A stretch of DNA of 63,524 nucleotides from Oscillospiraceae bacterium (GTDB taxonomy: Bacteria; Bacillota; Clostridia; Oscillospirales; Ruminococcaceae): the NCBI GenBank assembly GCA_017442085.1, contig JAFSAW010000074.1:1-63524 (forward strand). Direction: 5' to 3'. Of this stretch, positions 18,058-28,943 are shown piece after piece; position 1 is the first letter of the stretch; each line of letters opens with the position of its first letter. The notes below the pieces were generated by a model. It did not search any database and was not told the DNA's origin. It saw only the letters and a list, made by a program, of their open reading frames with translations. The position numbers and the translations under genes are program-made.

Positions 18058-18906
18058 ATGTTTTTTAAGAAAAAAATATTCTATATAATTTTAATGATTA
18101 TCTGCATTGCCGCTTTCAGCGTTATAACTATAAGCGCCCTTGACAGTTCAGAATATCAAACGCCGCCTCCCCCTGCCGAACCCGAAACAGAACAGCCAAA
18201 CACTGCAGCACAGGCGGAAATTGACCCTTATGACAAAACGGTTTATGAAAACGAAATTGTAAGCTATACCGATGTTATACTGCCGTTAAATGGCAGCAAC
18301 TCCGATGTTTACCTTGGCGAAACACTGTTTGTGGGAGACTCCAACACCGAGGGCATAGGCGCATTTGAACATCTGCCAATGCAGAATGTACTTGGCAAGC
18401 ACTCTATGAGTATTCAGGGATTTACCGCAGATGATTATCTTATGATTGCTGAAGACAATCCCGAAACAGAAGAAGACGAAAGCCAGTACATCACTATGTT
18501 CAACGTATTGGCAGGCCGTCAGCCAAAAAGAATAATCATCAATTTCGGCACAAACAATGCAGGTGCACACGCTGTACCGCAGCAGTTTGCAGCTGTTTAC
18601 CGCAGCACTCTTGAGCAGATACAGTCCGCCTGCCCCAACACCAAAATTGTTGTGGCGGCCATTCTGCCCGTGTGCAAGGACCGTGACTATCCAAAAATCA
18701 AACAGGATGTTATAGACCTGTTCAATCTTGAACTTGCACAGCTTTGCAGAGAAAAAGGCTATGGTTTTCTGCATTATCCCGAAATATTCAAGGACAGCGA
18801 AACAGGATATGCCAACCCCGCATATTTTTCGGCAGACGGCATACACCTTAACGGCGACGGATATCGCATTTTGCTTGATTATGCAGGCAAACATCAGTAT
18901 AATTAA
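18058..18906 (+). CDS. SGNH/GDSL hydrolase family protein, membrane-anchored
   Basis: N-terminal TM helix, Pro-rich linker, block I FVGDSNTEG, block V DGIHLN. Confidence 0.7.
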   Translation: MFFKKKIFYIILMIICIAAFSVITISALDSSEYQTPPPPAEPETEQPNTAAQAEIDPYDKTVYENEIVSYTDVILPLNGSNSDVYLGETLFVGDSNTEGIGAFEHLPMQNVLGKHSMSIQGFTADDYLMIAEDNPETEEDESQYITMFNVLAGRQPKRIIINFGTNNAGAHAVPQQFAAVYRSTLEQIQSACPNTKIVVAAILPVCKDRDYPKIKQDVIDLFNLELAQLCREKGYGFLHYPEIFKDSETGYANPAYFSADGIHLNGDGYRILLDYAGKHQYN

Positions 18907-18970
18907 AATAGAATAATATTTTTTATTGCAGCAAATACCTTTTATTTTAAGTAAAGAAAGGAATTTTAAT

Positions 18971-19939
18971 ATGAATGTTACAGTTTTAGGCTCCGGCAGA
19001 TGGGGCACATTTCTGGCAGTATACCATTCCCGCAGAAACAATGTAAAACTGTGGGGTCTTGCTGAAGCACCTGATTTTCAGGAGCTTATGGCAACAAGAA
19101 AAAATGCATATCTTGAACTGCCTGACAACCTTGAACTTGAACCTGACCTTGAAAAAGCGCTTAATCACGCTGATTATATTGTTATTTCCATCAGCGCACA
19201 GCAGCTGCGCAATTTCTGCCAGCGCATCAACCAGTATGATGTAAGCGGCAAAACATTTATCCTTTGCATGAAGGGCATCGAATCTGAAACAGGCAAACGA
19301 CTGACAACAATCGTTAAAGAAAATATCACCCAGGACATCAACGTATGTGTGTGGGTTGGCCCGGGACACGTGCAGGACTTTATGGCCGGCATACCTAACT
19401 GTATGGTTGTTGACAGTGAAGACAAGGCAGTTATCGACGATGTTGTAAACACATTCTCCAGCGACCTTATCCGCCTTTATCTTGGTGATGACATTATCGG
19501 CACAGAAATTGGTGCTGCAGCCAAAAACGTTGTGGGTATTGCCGCTGGTATGCTGGACGGCGCAGGCTTATCCAGCCTTAAAGGCGCACTCATGGCACGC
19601 GGTGCAAGAGAGGTTGCAAGACTTATACACGCTATGGGCGGCAATGAGCTTTCTGCATACGGTCTTTGCCATCTTGGTGACTATGAAGCAACATTGTTCT
19701 CTCTCCACAGTCAGAACAGAAAATTTGGCGAAAGTTTTATAAAGCAGGAACCATATTCCAAACTTGCCGAAGGTGCTGCAACAGTTAAGGCTCTTATGAA
19801 ACTCAGTGAAGAATACAATGTTGAAATGCCTATTTCCAAGCTTGTTTACGATGTTATCTACAACGGCGTTGACTATAAAGAAGCAATGGATGCACTGTTC
19901 ACAAGAAATGTAAAAACAGAGTTCTCCAAAGACTATTAA
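18971..19939 (+). CDS. gpsA: NAD(P)H-dependent glycerol-3-phosphate dehydrogenase
   Basis: MNVTVLGSGRWGT Rossmann start. GpsA-type C-terminal domain (GAAAKNV..AGM). Confidence 0.9.
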   Translation: MNVTVLGSGRWGTFLAVYHSRRNNVKLWGLAEAPDFQELMATRKNAYLELPDNLELEPDLEKALNHADYIVISISAQQLRNFCQRINQYDVSGKTFILCMKGIESETGKRLTTIVKENITQDINVCVWVGPGHVQDFMAGIPNCMVVDSEDKAVIDDVVNTFSSDLIRLYLGDDIIGTEIGAAAKNVVGIAAGMLDGAGLSSLKGALMARGAREVARLIHAMGGNELSAYGLCHLGDYEATLFSLHSQNRKFGESFIKQEPYSKLAEGAATVKALMKLSEEYNVEMPISKLVYDVIYNGVDYKEAMDALFTRNVKTEFSKDY

Positions 19940-19968
19940 GTTTATAATCTGCTTAAAGGAGGGTTTGT

Positions 19969-20505
19969 ATGAAAGTTAAAGACAACACAAAGATTTTTAC
20001 AAGAATTTGCCTTGCAATTATTCTTGCCGCTATTGCCTTTATGTTCTATAAACTCCAATTTAAAGGCAGTGATGTGTGGTTTATCAACAGCATTGATGAA
20101 ACATATACAATAACTGTGGAAAAGGAAGCAAGCCTTATCGACAACAGCGAATACAAACGCCTGCACCTTGGTGATGAATACACAACCTACTTGCTTAAAG
20201 GCGAAAATGCTGTTAAATTCAGGGATTATTTTTCTTCCCTTAAAATCCGCAAACTTCTTAGAAGTTCTGTTGGAACAAAACATGTTGAAGACTTTGTGTA
20301 TTACAGAATTACCATTACTGATGCAAAAGGAAATGTGAACAGAGTTACCACCCACGGTGATTATATTGTTGGTATGGATGATTATACTATGCTGTTCTGC
20401 AAGCCTTACGGCAGCAACTGGCGAAACGGTCTTGAAACTGTACTTGCAGATGCTGAAATTGTTGAGTATTATATTCAGGATAGTCCATATGTAAACCAAT
20501 CATAA
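19969..20505 (+). CDS. Hypothetical membrane-anchored protein (178 aa)
   Basis: GGAGGG RBS and a single N-terminal TM helix. No recognisable motif. Confidence 0.5.
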   Translation: MKVKDNTKIFTRICLAIILAAIAFMFYKLQFKGSDVWFINSIDETYTITVEKEASLIDNSEYKRLHLGDEYTTYLLKGENAVKFRDYFSSLKIRKLLRSSVGTKHVEDFVYYRITITDAKGNVNRVTTHGDYIVGMDDYTMLFCKPYGSNWRNGLETVLADAEIVEYYIQDSPYVNQS

Positions 20506-20510
20506 CCTAA

Positions 20511-20545
20511 AAAATCCTGCAGACACTATGAGTCTGCAGGATTTT
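20511..20545. terminator. Bidirectional terminator
   Basis: aaaatcctgcagac-actatga-gtctgcaggatttt. Confidence 0.8.
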
Positions 20546-20551
20546 CTTGTT

Positions 20552-21373
20552 TTATTCTTTTTTATAAACATAAACAATAAAATGGGCATTTACTGTTAAA
20601 TTTTTAGCTTTAAGCAGCACCTCCTGTGCTTCTTTTGGACTGCGGTAAACATACGGTGTCATTTTAAAGAGATTGTTTATGTCTGTATTGTTACCGATAA
20701 ATATTTCTTTTTCGGCCTTTACTGTTTCTATCAGTTTAAACCCTTCGTACTGTTCTTCCTTAAGTGGATTTTCGTACGGTTTTTCATAAAGTGCCTCTTT
20801 AAGCTGCCACAGATGCTTTGGTGCCGGCACAACATAGAGAAATACCCCACCCTTTTTAAGCACACGGCTGAATTCCTTAAGGCACAGCGGCGAAAAACAG
20901 TTTATAAGCACATTGATGCTTTTATCTTCTATTGGCAGATGGAATGATGATGCCACCGCAAACTGCCCTTCCCTGAGGCGTTTTGCCGCAATAGCCACTG
21001 CATCCTTTGATATGTCAATGCCTTTTACTTGGGCGTTTTTGCCCTGCTGTACAAGCTTCTGATATACTCCCTGTGTGTAATATCCCTCGCCGCAGCCGCA
21101 GTCGAGAATACTTGTGGTTTTATCGGAATATTTATCACACAGATTTTCCAGGGTTTCTTTAAGATGACTGTAATAACCCAAAGACAAGAAATTGTTTCTT
21201 GCCACCACCATAAGTCTGTCATCACCAGGTGCGGCAGAATGCTTTTTGTTGGCAGGCAGCAGATTTACATACCCCTTTGCCGATATATCAAAGCTGTGGC
21301 GGTTTTTGCATACATATGATTTTTCTTTTATATTAAGCGGCTGTGAACAGACCGGACAGATAAAATTTGCCAT
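20552..21373 (-). CDS. rlmA: 23S rRNA (guanine-N1)-methyltransferase RlmA-like
   Basis: N-terminal Zn-finger FICPVCSQPL..CKNRHSFD and SAM motif ILDCGCGEGYY. Start placed at MANFICP. Confidence 0.75.
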   Translation of the reverse strand: MANFICPVCSQPLNIKEKSYVCKNRHSFDISAKGYVNLLPANKKHSAAPGDDRLMVVARNNFLSLGYYSHLKETLENLCDKYSDKTTSILDCGCGEGYYTQGVYQKLVQQGKNAQVKGIDISKDAVAIAAKRLREGQFAVASSFHLPIEDKSINVLINCFSPLCLKEFSRVLKKGGVFLYVVPAPKHLWQLKEALYEKPYENPLKEEQYEGFKLIETVKAEKEIFIGNNTDINNLFKMTPYVYRSPKEAQEVLLKAKNLTVNAHFIVYVYKKE

Positions 21374-21495
21374 AACAAAATTCCTTTTATAATTTTCTGT
21401 ACAGAATAATACCATATTTTCGGCATACTTACAATCGTTTGAAAATTTGCTGTATTTGCTGTATACTTAAGTAAACTTATCTGCGGAGGTAAATT

Positions 21496-22032
21496 ATGTT
21501 TACAGATGTAAGAAGCAAAAAAGTGATATTTGTAGCACACTGCATTTTAAACCAGAACTCCATATCTGACGGCACTGCAGTGCATCCTGCTGCTTTTAAG
21601 GATATAATAAATTTATTTTTAAATAATGACATCGGTATCGTTCAGCTTCCCTGCCCCGAACTTTGCTGTCTTGGCCTTGACCGCGGCAACATTTATGGTG
21701 CTGACAGCCCTGTAACTGTGGAAAACACCCGCATACGCAGAGAAATGGAAAATTCAGACACACAGCAGAAGCTTAAAATACTTGTGGATTATACAATGCT
21801 GCAGATTGATGAATATGTAAAGCACGGTTTTGAAATCAAGGGAATTATCGGTGCCAACCGCAGCCCTAACTGCGGAGTGGAAAGCACAAGCGACAATGAT
21901 GTGGAAATTGACGGAATGGGCGTTTTTATGACAGCCTTGCACAAAGAAATAACCTCCCGTGGTTTGAACATCAGAATGACAGGCATAAAAGGCAGCGACA
22001 ATTTTGCAGAAAAGTTGAAAGATTTTATCTGA
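21496..22032 (+). CDS. DUF523/TudS-related Cys-rich protein (putative desulfidase family)
   Basis: VAHCILNQNS, LPCPELCCLG and NRSPNCGV motifs resemble the TudS-related family. Assignment is from memory only. Confidence 0.5.
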   Translation: MFTDVRSKKVIFVAHCILNQNSISDGTAVHPAAFKDIINLFLNNDIGIVQLPCPELCCLGLDRGNIYGADSPVTVENTRIRREMENSDTQQKLKILVDYTMLQIDEYVKHGFEIKGIIGANRSPNCGVESTSDNDVEIDGMGVFMTALHKEITSRGLNIRMTGIKGSDNFAEKLKDFI

Positions 22033-22078
22033 AATCAGGCACTGATGCAGTATTTATATAAAGGATGACATTGTTGTT

Positions 22079-22447
22079 ATGAAGGACAAGGATATTGTAA
22101 AAGAATTTGTTCAGAGAAGAGTTTTTTACAGAAAAATTAGTATGTTTACCATATTCGGAGTTATTATCCCTGTACTGCTTATCGACCGGATTATACCAAA
22201 TTCTGTAATGCAGTACAGCTCAAGCAAGATATATATTCTGATTGTTGTATCCTGGGCGGTGCTCAATTATCTTTTATCCAACTATATCGGCGTTAAACTG
22301 TCCATATGCCCAATATGTTTTACGCCTATAAAAACCTTGCCGCCTAACAGAAGAAGCCGTTTCTGGCGGTTTGGCAATGGACCTTTGCCGGAGCGATGCC
22401 CTCACTGCGGCACAGACTTTTCGAAATATGACAGTTACCGCTATTGA
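22079..22447 (+). CDS. Hypothetical 2-TM protein with C-terminal zinc ribbon
   Basis: Two TM helices, then CPICF...CPHCG. Confidence 0.45.
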   Translation: MKDKDIVKEFVQRRVFYRKISMFTIFGVIIPVLLIDRIIPNSVMQYSSSKIYILIVVSWAVLNYLLSNYIGVKLSICPICFTPIKTLPPNRRSRFWRFGNGPLPERCPHCGTDFSKYDSYRY

Positions 22448-22508
22448 TATAAAAATATAATCTGTAACTTACTGGTTTTCCATATAAATAAACAAGTATT
22501 TCACATAC

Positions 22509-22541
22509 AAAAAAGCACGCTGAAATCAGCGTGCTTTTTTT
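22509..22541. terminator. Bidirectional terminator (end of mal operon)
   Basis: aaaaaagcacgct-gaaatc-agcgtgctttttt. Confidence 0.85.
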
Positions 22542-22599
22542 GTTTTCAATTACCGTTTGTGCTAAAAGTAATCTTCTTTTTGATTTCCAAATAATTTAA

Positions 22600-23838
22600 T
22601 TATTTAGCTGCTCTGAGAGCAATGATTCTCTGCATTTCGTTGTAAACGATCATGAAGCCTTCGTCAACACCCATACCTGGTTTAGCAAGGATCTGTGTTG
22701 GTTTTGTAGCCATAGCGCAGTTTACGCAGATCTGTGCAGAACGGTCTGTTTCGTTACATGTACCACCCTGGTATGCGCCGATGCCTTTTTCTTTGCAGTA
22801 AAGAACAGCTTCACATGTGTTGTTGATACCGCCAAGGTCAGGTGTTTTGATCTGGATCATATGACCAGCTTTGTTGTCTGCGAAGTATTTGATATCTTCG
22901 AGAGTGTTGCACCATTCGTCAGCAACGAGTTCTACTGTAGAACCACGTTTGTCGAGTTCTGCTGTAAGACCTTTGAGGCAGAGCATCTGTTTTTCTCTTT
23001 CTTCAGCATCCATTGGGCCTTCAATGCGAAGTTTGAATGGTTTTGCTGTTTCTTCGAGTTCCTGGATGTAGTCAGCCATTGCTGTAAAGTTATCAACGCC
23101 GAATGCAGCACCGATTGTGCCGTATACGTCGATGTGGAATGTTGGCATATATTCTTCGCCGCCGAGGTGTTTTACACGGTCACGGAGCCAAGCAACATAT
23201 TCTTTAAGGATTTCACCGTTTTTACCAAGTTTTGTTTCAACGTGGTTGATAAGAGCGTGTGGAAGAACAGCTGCACCTTTAAGGATCATTTTGTCAGAGT
23301 TTTCATATCTGTTGTCGCCGGACTGTGTGAAGATTGGCACTGGTTCTGTGGAAACTTCTGTGCCGTATTCTTCAGCAACAACTTCGCACATCATCATTTT
23401 TTTGGATTTTGCTACTGCGTCGAGGATAGCCTGTGTTACGCCGTAACGGATAGCTGTGTGAAGTCTTTTGCCTTCAACTTCGATTGCTTCAACATCTCTG
23501 GAGAGGTTTCTGAAGCTGTCTGCTTCTTTGCCTACGAGGAATGGTTTGATGTACTGGTCGATAACTGGAATGAAGTCTTCAGCAAGGAAGAGTGGGTCAC
23601 GTCCGCCAGCACCGGAGTACTGTACAGCTGCACAGTCACCGTATGCAACCTGACCGTCTTCGAGAACGATCATAACGGAGATAGCTTCGCCAGCCTGACG
23701 AACTGTTTTAAAACCTGGTGTTACTGTTTCGCCGATGTAAGCTGCACCGTCGGAAACTGCACCTTTTTTGATAGCTCTCTGGTCGTCGAAGAAGAAACCT
23801 GTACGGCCTTTAGCACAAACAACATTTACGATTTTCAT
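22600..23838 (-). CDS. mal: 3-Methylaspartate ammonia-lyase
   Basis: 412 aa. N-terminus MKIVNVVCAKGRTGFFFDDQRAIKKGA closely resembles clostridial MAL as I recall it. Located directly after glmE. Confidence 0.9.
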   Translation of the reverse strand: MKIVNVVCAKGRTGFFFDDQRAIKKGAVSDGAAYIGETVTPGFKTVRQAGEAISVMIVLEDGQVAYGDCAAVQYSGAGGRDPLFLAEDFIPVIDQYIKPFLVGKEADSFRNLSRDVEAIEVEGKRLHTAIRYGVTQAILDAVAKSKKMMMCEVVAEEYGTEVSTEPVPIFTQSGDNRYENSDKMILKGAAVLPHALINHVETKLGKNGEILKEYVAWLRDRVKHLGGEEYMPTFHIDVYGTIGAAFGVDNFTAMADYIQELEETAKPFKLRIEGPMDAEEREKQMLCLKGLTAELDKRGSTVELVADEWCNTLEDIKYFADNKAGHMIQIKTPDLGGINNTCEAVLYCKEKGIGAYQGGTCNETDRSAQICVNCAMATKPTQILAKPGMGVDEGFMIVYNEMQRIIALRAAK

Positions 23839-23945
23839 GATAAATTCCTCTTTTCATTTTTAAAAATCTTTATTTGTGCAGGCGGGGTGTGTTCCCCACC
23901 TGCTTATAAACTTATAATAACTTTGTAATTTAAACAGCGTTTAAA

Positions 23946-25394
23946 TTATTCTGGACGACCAACAAGGCGGCCACGGCTGATGGAGTAAACGTCATCAACA
24001 AGCATGTTGAAGGAAACAGGTCTGTTTTCTGTTGCACTTCTTGCTGCAAGTTTGCCAGCGTGGAAGTCTTTGAGTTCTTTTGTGAATGGGAGGTTGCCCA
24101 TTTCAAGAATTCTGATTGCGCCGTCGTTGTCACGAGCTGGGAGCATAAGACCCATGTTGTGACGGGATGGACCAAATGGGATGTCGATAACACCAGCTTT
24201 AACTGCTGCGATTGTACCAAGAGCAAGGTCGCCGTTGCCAAGTTCAAATGTTTTGTCAACGATACATCTTGTTTCAGCCATGATGATTTCTTTTTCATCT
24301 TTGATGCTCATTGGGTTAAGCTGCTGTTCAGCAAGCATGGAGATAACCTGTTTTGTACATCTGAGGCCTTCTGCGTTTGCTTCTTTTGTTGGAACGCCAG
24401 CTGCTTCGTGTGGTGTTTTAACGATAACTTTTGTAGCTTTGGAAAGAGCTGCTACTGCAGAACCCCAAGCGATAACGCCAAATGCGCGAGCTTCGTCAGC
24501 TGGGAAGCCGCCCATCCACTGATGGAGAACTGTTGTAACTGTTACATCGTTGTAACCGTATTTAGCAAGGTATTCTTCTGTAAGTTCTTCGAGGGAACGG
24601 ATAGCTGCAACGTCCTGTACAAGGTTACCGCACTGGCCGTAACCAACTGTAACGTTTTTAACACCCTGTTCTGCAGCAAGAAGAGCTTCGATGATAGCAA
24701 CAGCGTGGGATACACATGCTGGTACCAATGTACCTGTAAGTGGGCCGTATGGTTCGCGGTTGATCTGGATGCCAGCTTCTTCGTAGATACCTGTAAGACG
24801 GTCTACATACTGCCAGTCATAGATTGTTTTTTCCATTGGAACATCTTTTGTGTATGGGATGTTGTAGGAGATACCGCCGCCTTCGTAGGATGTGAAACCG
24901 CCAGCGTATGTGATTTCAGCAAGGAGACGAGCGTCTGGTGTACCATGACGAACCTGAAGTGGTGTTTCGAGAGCTTCTACAACTCTGCGGCAGTTTGCAA
25001 CACCGTGGTTAACAGCTGGGAAGCCGTTGAGCATGGAACGGCCTTCTTTGATGGATTCTTCGATACCGTGCTGTGCTTCTTTAAATCTGTTCTGACGTGT
25101 GTAGCTGTCGATTGTGGATGGGAGGAGATCTGCGCCGCCTTCGTCCTGAAGGTGTTTGAGAAGTTCGATGTGTTCATCAACAAGAGCAACACCTGCACGT
25201 GGCTGGATAAGTGTGATACCTGCTTCTTTAGCAGCGTTCAATTTTTTTGTAAAGTTTTTGTGGTCTGGAATAGCTTTCTGGTATTCTACGCCATCTTCGA
25301 TTTTGAGGCCTGCGCCTGTTGGCCACTGGTTGAGAACTTCTTCACGAACTTTGTAAAAATGTTCGTCGGACCATTTTTTATTCATTATTTCCAT
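23946..25394 (-). CDS. glmE: Glutamate mutase (methylaspartate mutase) epsilon subunit
   Basis: 482 aa. The start [13 protein letters not shown] resembles GlmE/MutE. Sits between glmL and mal. Confidence 0.9.
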   Translation of the reverse strand: MEIMNKKWSDEHFYKVREEVLNQWPTGAGLKIEDGVEYQKAIPDHKNFTKKLNAAKEAGITLIQPRAGVALVDEHIELLKHLQDEGGADLLPSTIDSYTRQNRFKEAQHGIEESIKEGRSMLNGFPAVNHGVANCRRVVEALETPLQVRHGTPDARLLAEITYAGGFTSYEGGGISYNIPYTKDVPMEKTIYDWQYVDRLTGIYEEAGIQINREPYGPLTGTLVPACVSHAVAIIEALLAAEQGVKNVTVGYGQCGNLVQDVAAIRSLEELTEEYLAKYGYNDVTVTTVLHQWMGGFPADEARAFGVIAWGSAVAALSKATKVIVKTPHEAAGVPTKEANAEGLRCTKQVISMLAEQQLNPMSIKDEKEIIMAETRCIVDKTFELGNGDLALGTIAAVKAGVIDIPFGPSRHNMGLMLPARDNDGAIRILEMGNLPFTKELKDFHAGKLAARSATENRPVSFNMLVDDVYSISRGRLVGRPE

Positions 25395-26775
25395 CTTTAA
25401 TTAACTCCTTTTTCATAATTCTGAGTGCAACTTCAGGGTAGTTTGTGCTCAAAAGACCCATAGCTGCGAGGATGTATTTTCTGTCTACTAAAACATCTGC
25501 TTTTTTAGGTCTCAGTGACATTGCCTGCATATCGCTGTACAGTGCATAGGATGCAATTTCCGCTGTTTTTTCAGTGTGGATAAGTGCACCGCCTGTCACA
25601 ATAACCTTTTTAACCTGGGTAAGGTCTTTACCTAACTGCATATAGGTAATGCCCATTGGTGTAAAAATCTGCTCTAAATGACCTGCATGACGTGCTACTG
25701 CTGTTTCGATTGCCAGAGAAGCAAGTGCTTTGTCCAGCATAATCAGTTCTTCATCGCCGTTAGGAACAACGTCGGTGTGTACAGAAAGATAATCGATAAG
25801 TTCTGTTGCCCTGTCTTCATCAAGACCGGAGATTTCACAGACACGGTCGATATCTGTTGCTTCAACAATACCTTTGATGCTGTAACGCATGCCGATATCG
25901 CCTTCAACTGTACGCTTTGCATAGGTTTCGCGCAAACCTTTGAGAACTGTGCCCGACTGGCTTGGCAAACCCTGACACATAGAATAAATGTCAGTTGTTG
26001 CGCCGCCAAGGTCAACACCTACAAGGTCGCCTATGCCTTCTTCCTTCTTTGTGCCTTTAGCCAGAAGTTTCATGGCTGTAAGCATTGCGGAAGGTGTTGG
26101 CATAAGGATATCGCCGATAAGTTCTTCTGCATCGGAAAGGCCTTTTGCCTTAACGATTTCCTGCAGGAAGATTTCGCGTATCTGTTTCTGTGCAGGTTCG
26201 ATATTTGGCTGTTCCAGCTTTGGCATAACGTTTTCGCAAACGTAGCAGTCCTTGCCCGCCTGTGTAAGAATATCCTTGCATACAGAAGCACAGTTTCTGT
26301 TGCCTGCATATACGATTGGGAAATTCTTTGCAGATTTTGCAAGCATACCTGCATTGTATACGATAACTTCCTTGTTGCCGCCGTCGATGCCGCCTGTGAG
26401 AAGTGCGATATCAGGATTGATTTCGTCAATTTCTTCCAGGTCAGCTTCTGTAAGCTGGTAGGAGTAGGTTTTCATAACCTTTGCACCTGCACCGAGAGAA
26501 GCCATTTTTGCAGCCTTTGCTGTAAGTTCCGGCACAAGACCGATGGCAACCATTTTAAGACCGCCTGCAGCAGAGGAACATGCATACTGTTCGCTGAATT
26601 CTATATCACCGATTTTTTCTCTGAGAATCTTTACCGCATTGTTGAGACCGTCATTGATGTCGGTTTCGATTGTTGTAAAGCTCTGTGAAGTACCGATTAT
26701 TTCTTCTGTGTCCAAATCAACCGCAGTAACCTTTGTATATGTACTGCCAAAGTCAATCAATAATACAGCTTTCAT
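25378..26775 (-). CDS. glmL: Glutamate mutase accessory protein GlmL/MutL (ASKHA-fold chaperone)
   Basis: 465 aa. [11 protein letters not shown] and VDLGGATTD actin-fold phosphate motifs. Positioned between glmS and glmE. Confidence 0.85.
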   Translation of the reverse strand: MKAVLLIDFGSTYTKVTAVDLDTEEIIGTSQSFTTIETDINDGLNNAVKILREKIGDIEFSEQYACSSAAGGLKMVAIGLVPELTAKAAKMASLGAGAKVMKTYSYQLTEADLEEIDEINPDIALLTGGIDGGNKEVIVYNAGMLAKSAKNFPIVYAGNRNCASVCKDILTQAGKDCYVCENVMPKLEQPNIEPAQKQIREIFLQEIVKAKGLSDAEELIGDILMPTPSAMLTAMKLLAKGTKKEEGIGDLVGVDLGGATTDIYSMCQGLPSQSGTVLKGLRETYAKRTVEGDIGMRYSIKGIVEATDIDRVCEISGLDEDRATELIDYLSVHTDVVPNGDEELIMLDKALASLAIETAVARHAGHLEQIFTPMGITYMQLGKDLTQVKKVIVTGGALIHTEKTAEIASYALYSDMQAMSLRPKKADVLVDRKYILAAMGLLSTNYPEVALRIMKKELIKDGNNE

Positions 26776-26805
26776 TTATAAAGCCTTTCTTTACCGTTTA
26801 GTCAA

Positions 26806-27216
26806 TTAGCAACCGAGGTCTGCTTTAAGGTCAGCAATTGTTGTTTCTGCAGATGTTCCTGGAGGATATGCTCTGTCGAAGCCCATTGCTTTGAAGCGTT
26901 TTTCAACTTCGTTGAAGTCCTGTTTACCAACAACGATGTTGCCGCCAACATAGAGAAGGATACCTTTGAGGCCTGCTTCGTCACATTTTTCTCTGAGACC
27001 TGCACAGTCAAGTTCGCCGTGGCCGTAGAGAGAAGATACGCAGATTGCGTCTGCACCGGATTCGATTGCAGCCTGGATGTATTCTTCCTGAGAAACCATA
27101 ACGCCGAGGTTGATAACTTCGAAGCCAGCCTGTTTGAAAGCGTTGTTCAAAATTGTATTACCTACTGCGTGTACATCAGCGCCGATAACGCCGATAACCA
27201 ATTTTTTCTTTTCCAT
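26806..27216 (-). CDS. glmS: Glutamate mutase sigma subunit (B12-binding)
   Basis: 136 aa. DxHxxG cobalamin motif (GADVHAVGN). Confidence 0.9.
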   Translation of the reverse strand: MEKKKLVIGVIGADVHAVGNTILNNAFKQAGFEVINLGVMVSQEEYIQAAIESGADAICVSSLYGHGELDCAGLREKCDEAGLKGILLYVGGNIVVGKQDFNEVEKRFKAMGFDRAYPPGTSAETTIADLKADLGC

Positions 27217-27266
27217 TTTTTCTACCTCACTTTAATATTTAACTTAAATGTTAAAATGCCTAAAAT

Positions 27267-27827
27267 TTATTTGTTCGCAAATTCAAGATATTCTTTGCGA
27301 CCAATTTCGTAAAGATTGTTGCCTTCGCTGTCGATGATAACGAAAGCCGGGAGGTTTTCTACCTCGAGACGACGGAGAGCTTCTGCGCCAAGGTCATCAT
27401 AAGCAATAACTTCTGCTTTTTTGATACACTGGCTGAGAAGTGCGCCTGCGCCGCCGATAGCACCAAAGTATACTGCACCAACTTCTTTCATTGCTGCGAT
27501 AACTTCCGGGCTGCGTTTGCCTTTGCCAAGCATACCGCGCTGGCCAAGACGAATCATTGTTGGAGAGTAAGCATCCATTCTGTAGGAAGTTGTAGGACCT
27601 GCAGAACCGATAACCTGACCTGGCTGAGCAGGTGCCGGACCAACGTAGTAAACGATTGTATCTTTTACATCGTATGGAAGTTCTTCTCCTCTTTCGTGTG
27701 CTTCTACAAGACGTTTGTGAGCTGCGTCACGGGAAGTGTAGATAACACCGGAAATCATAACATTGTCGCCGCATTTAAGGTCTTTTACTTTTTCGTAAGT
27801 AAGCGGAGTTGTAATGTGTTTTACCAT
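27267..27827 (-). CDS. Fe-S hydro-lyase beta subunit (class I fumarase/tartrate dehydratase family); by context, mesaconase beta
   Basis: 186 aa, FumA C-terminal-type domain (GVIYTSRDAAHKR..GPTTS). Operonic with glmSLE-mal. Confidence 0.8.
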   Translation of the reverse strand: MVKHITTPLTYEKVKDLKCGDNVMISGVIYTSRDAAHKRLVEAHERGEELPYDVKDTIVYYVGPAPAQPGQVIGSAGPTTSYRMDAYSPTMIRLGQRGMLGKGKRSPEVIAAMKEVGAVYFGAIGGAGALLSQCIKKAEVIAYDDLGAEALRRLEVENLPAFVIIDSEGNNLYEIGRKEYLEFANK

Positions 27828-27841
27828 AATTGTTCTCCTCC

Positions 27842-28681
27842 TTATAAGCTTGCGTGTTTGTGGCGTGTTACGTGGCAGTTGATGTTAACTGCAACCGGCA
27901 GACCAGCAATATGTGTTGGAAGTGTTTCGATGTTTACGCAAAGTGCTGTTGTAAGACCGCCAACACCCTGTGGGCCAAGACCAAGTGCATTGATTTTTTC
28001 GAGAAGTTCTTTTTCAAGATCAGCATAGAATGGGTTTGCATTTCTTTCGTCTGTGCTTCTCATCAAAGCTTTCTTTGCGAGCAAAGCTGCTTTATCGAAT
28101 GTGCCGCCGATGCCTACGCCAACAACGATTGGCGGACATGGGTTTGGACCTGCATCTTCAACACATTTGATAACAAAGTCTTTAACGCCCTGAAGACCGT
28201 CGGAAGGTTTGAGCATTTTAATCTGGCTCATATTTTCGCTGCCGAAGCCTTTTGGTGCAACCATAATGTCGAATGTGTCACCAGGTACGATGTTGTAGTA
28301 AATCATAGCAGGTGTGTTGTCTTTTGTGTTAACACGGTCAAGTGGGTCTTTAACTACAGATTTTCTGAGACAACCTTCTACATAGCCCTGTCTTACACCC
28401 TCGTTAACAGCATCTTCGATGTTGCCGTTTACATGAACTTCCTGACCGATGTCAAGGAACACACAAGCCATACCTGTATCCTGACAGATTGGCACTGCTT
28501 TGTCGAGAGAGATTTCGTAGTTTTCTTTGATTACGCCCAAAATGCTCTGTGCAAGTGGCCATGGTTCATTGTCGCATGCCTTGCAGATTTTGTCCTGGAT
28601 ATCTTCCGGCAAAAAGTAGTTTGCTTCCATACAAAGCTTTTTAACTACAGCAGTGATATCCTGTGCATTTATTTCTCTCAT
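27842..28681 (-). CDS. Fe-S hydro-lyase alpha subunit; by context, mesaconase alpha
   Basis: FumA N-terminal-type domain (CQDTGMA, GVGIGGT). Start at MREINAQ (28681). Confidence 0.8.
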   Translation of the reverse strand: MREINAQDITAVVKKLCMEANYFLPEDIQDKICKACDNEPWPLAQSILGVIKENYEISLDKAVPICQDTGMACVFLDIGQEVHVNGNIEDAVNEGVRQGYVEGCLRKSVVKDPLDRVNTKDNTPAMIYYNIVPGDTFDIMVAPKGFGSENMSQIKMLKPSDGLQGVKDFVIKCVEDAGPNPCPPIVVGVGIGGTFDKAALLAKKALMRSTDERNANPFYADLEKELLEKINALGLGPQGVGGLTTALCVNIETLPTHIAGLPVAVNINCHVTRHKHASL

Positions 28682-28943
28682 TTTTCTGCCTCCTATTTTA
28701 TTTTTTAAAGTTTTCTGCGTCATAAAAGCATCTAACCGCTTTTATACATAATACCTTGTATATCATTATATAACTTTTCGCAAATTTGTACAATATATAT
28801 TATTTAACATATCTATAACATAAAATTATAGAAATCGCATAGCTATAAATAAAATTTAATTCGCTCTATAAATTTTTTTGATACCAGATATTAAATTTCA
28901 TTTTAAATATATACAGCTGTATCAAAAAAATACAAAAAAATAC

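Noticed and set aside
28724-28745. A cre-like (CcpA) site, atgtataaaagcggttagatgc, just upstream of the annotated mesaconase alpha start codon (28681).
   Set aside because: It mismatches the critical G and C positions of the TGWAANCGNTNWCA consensus.
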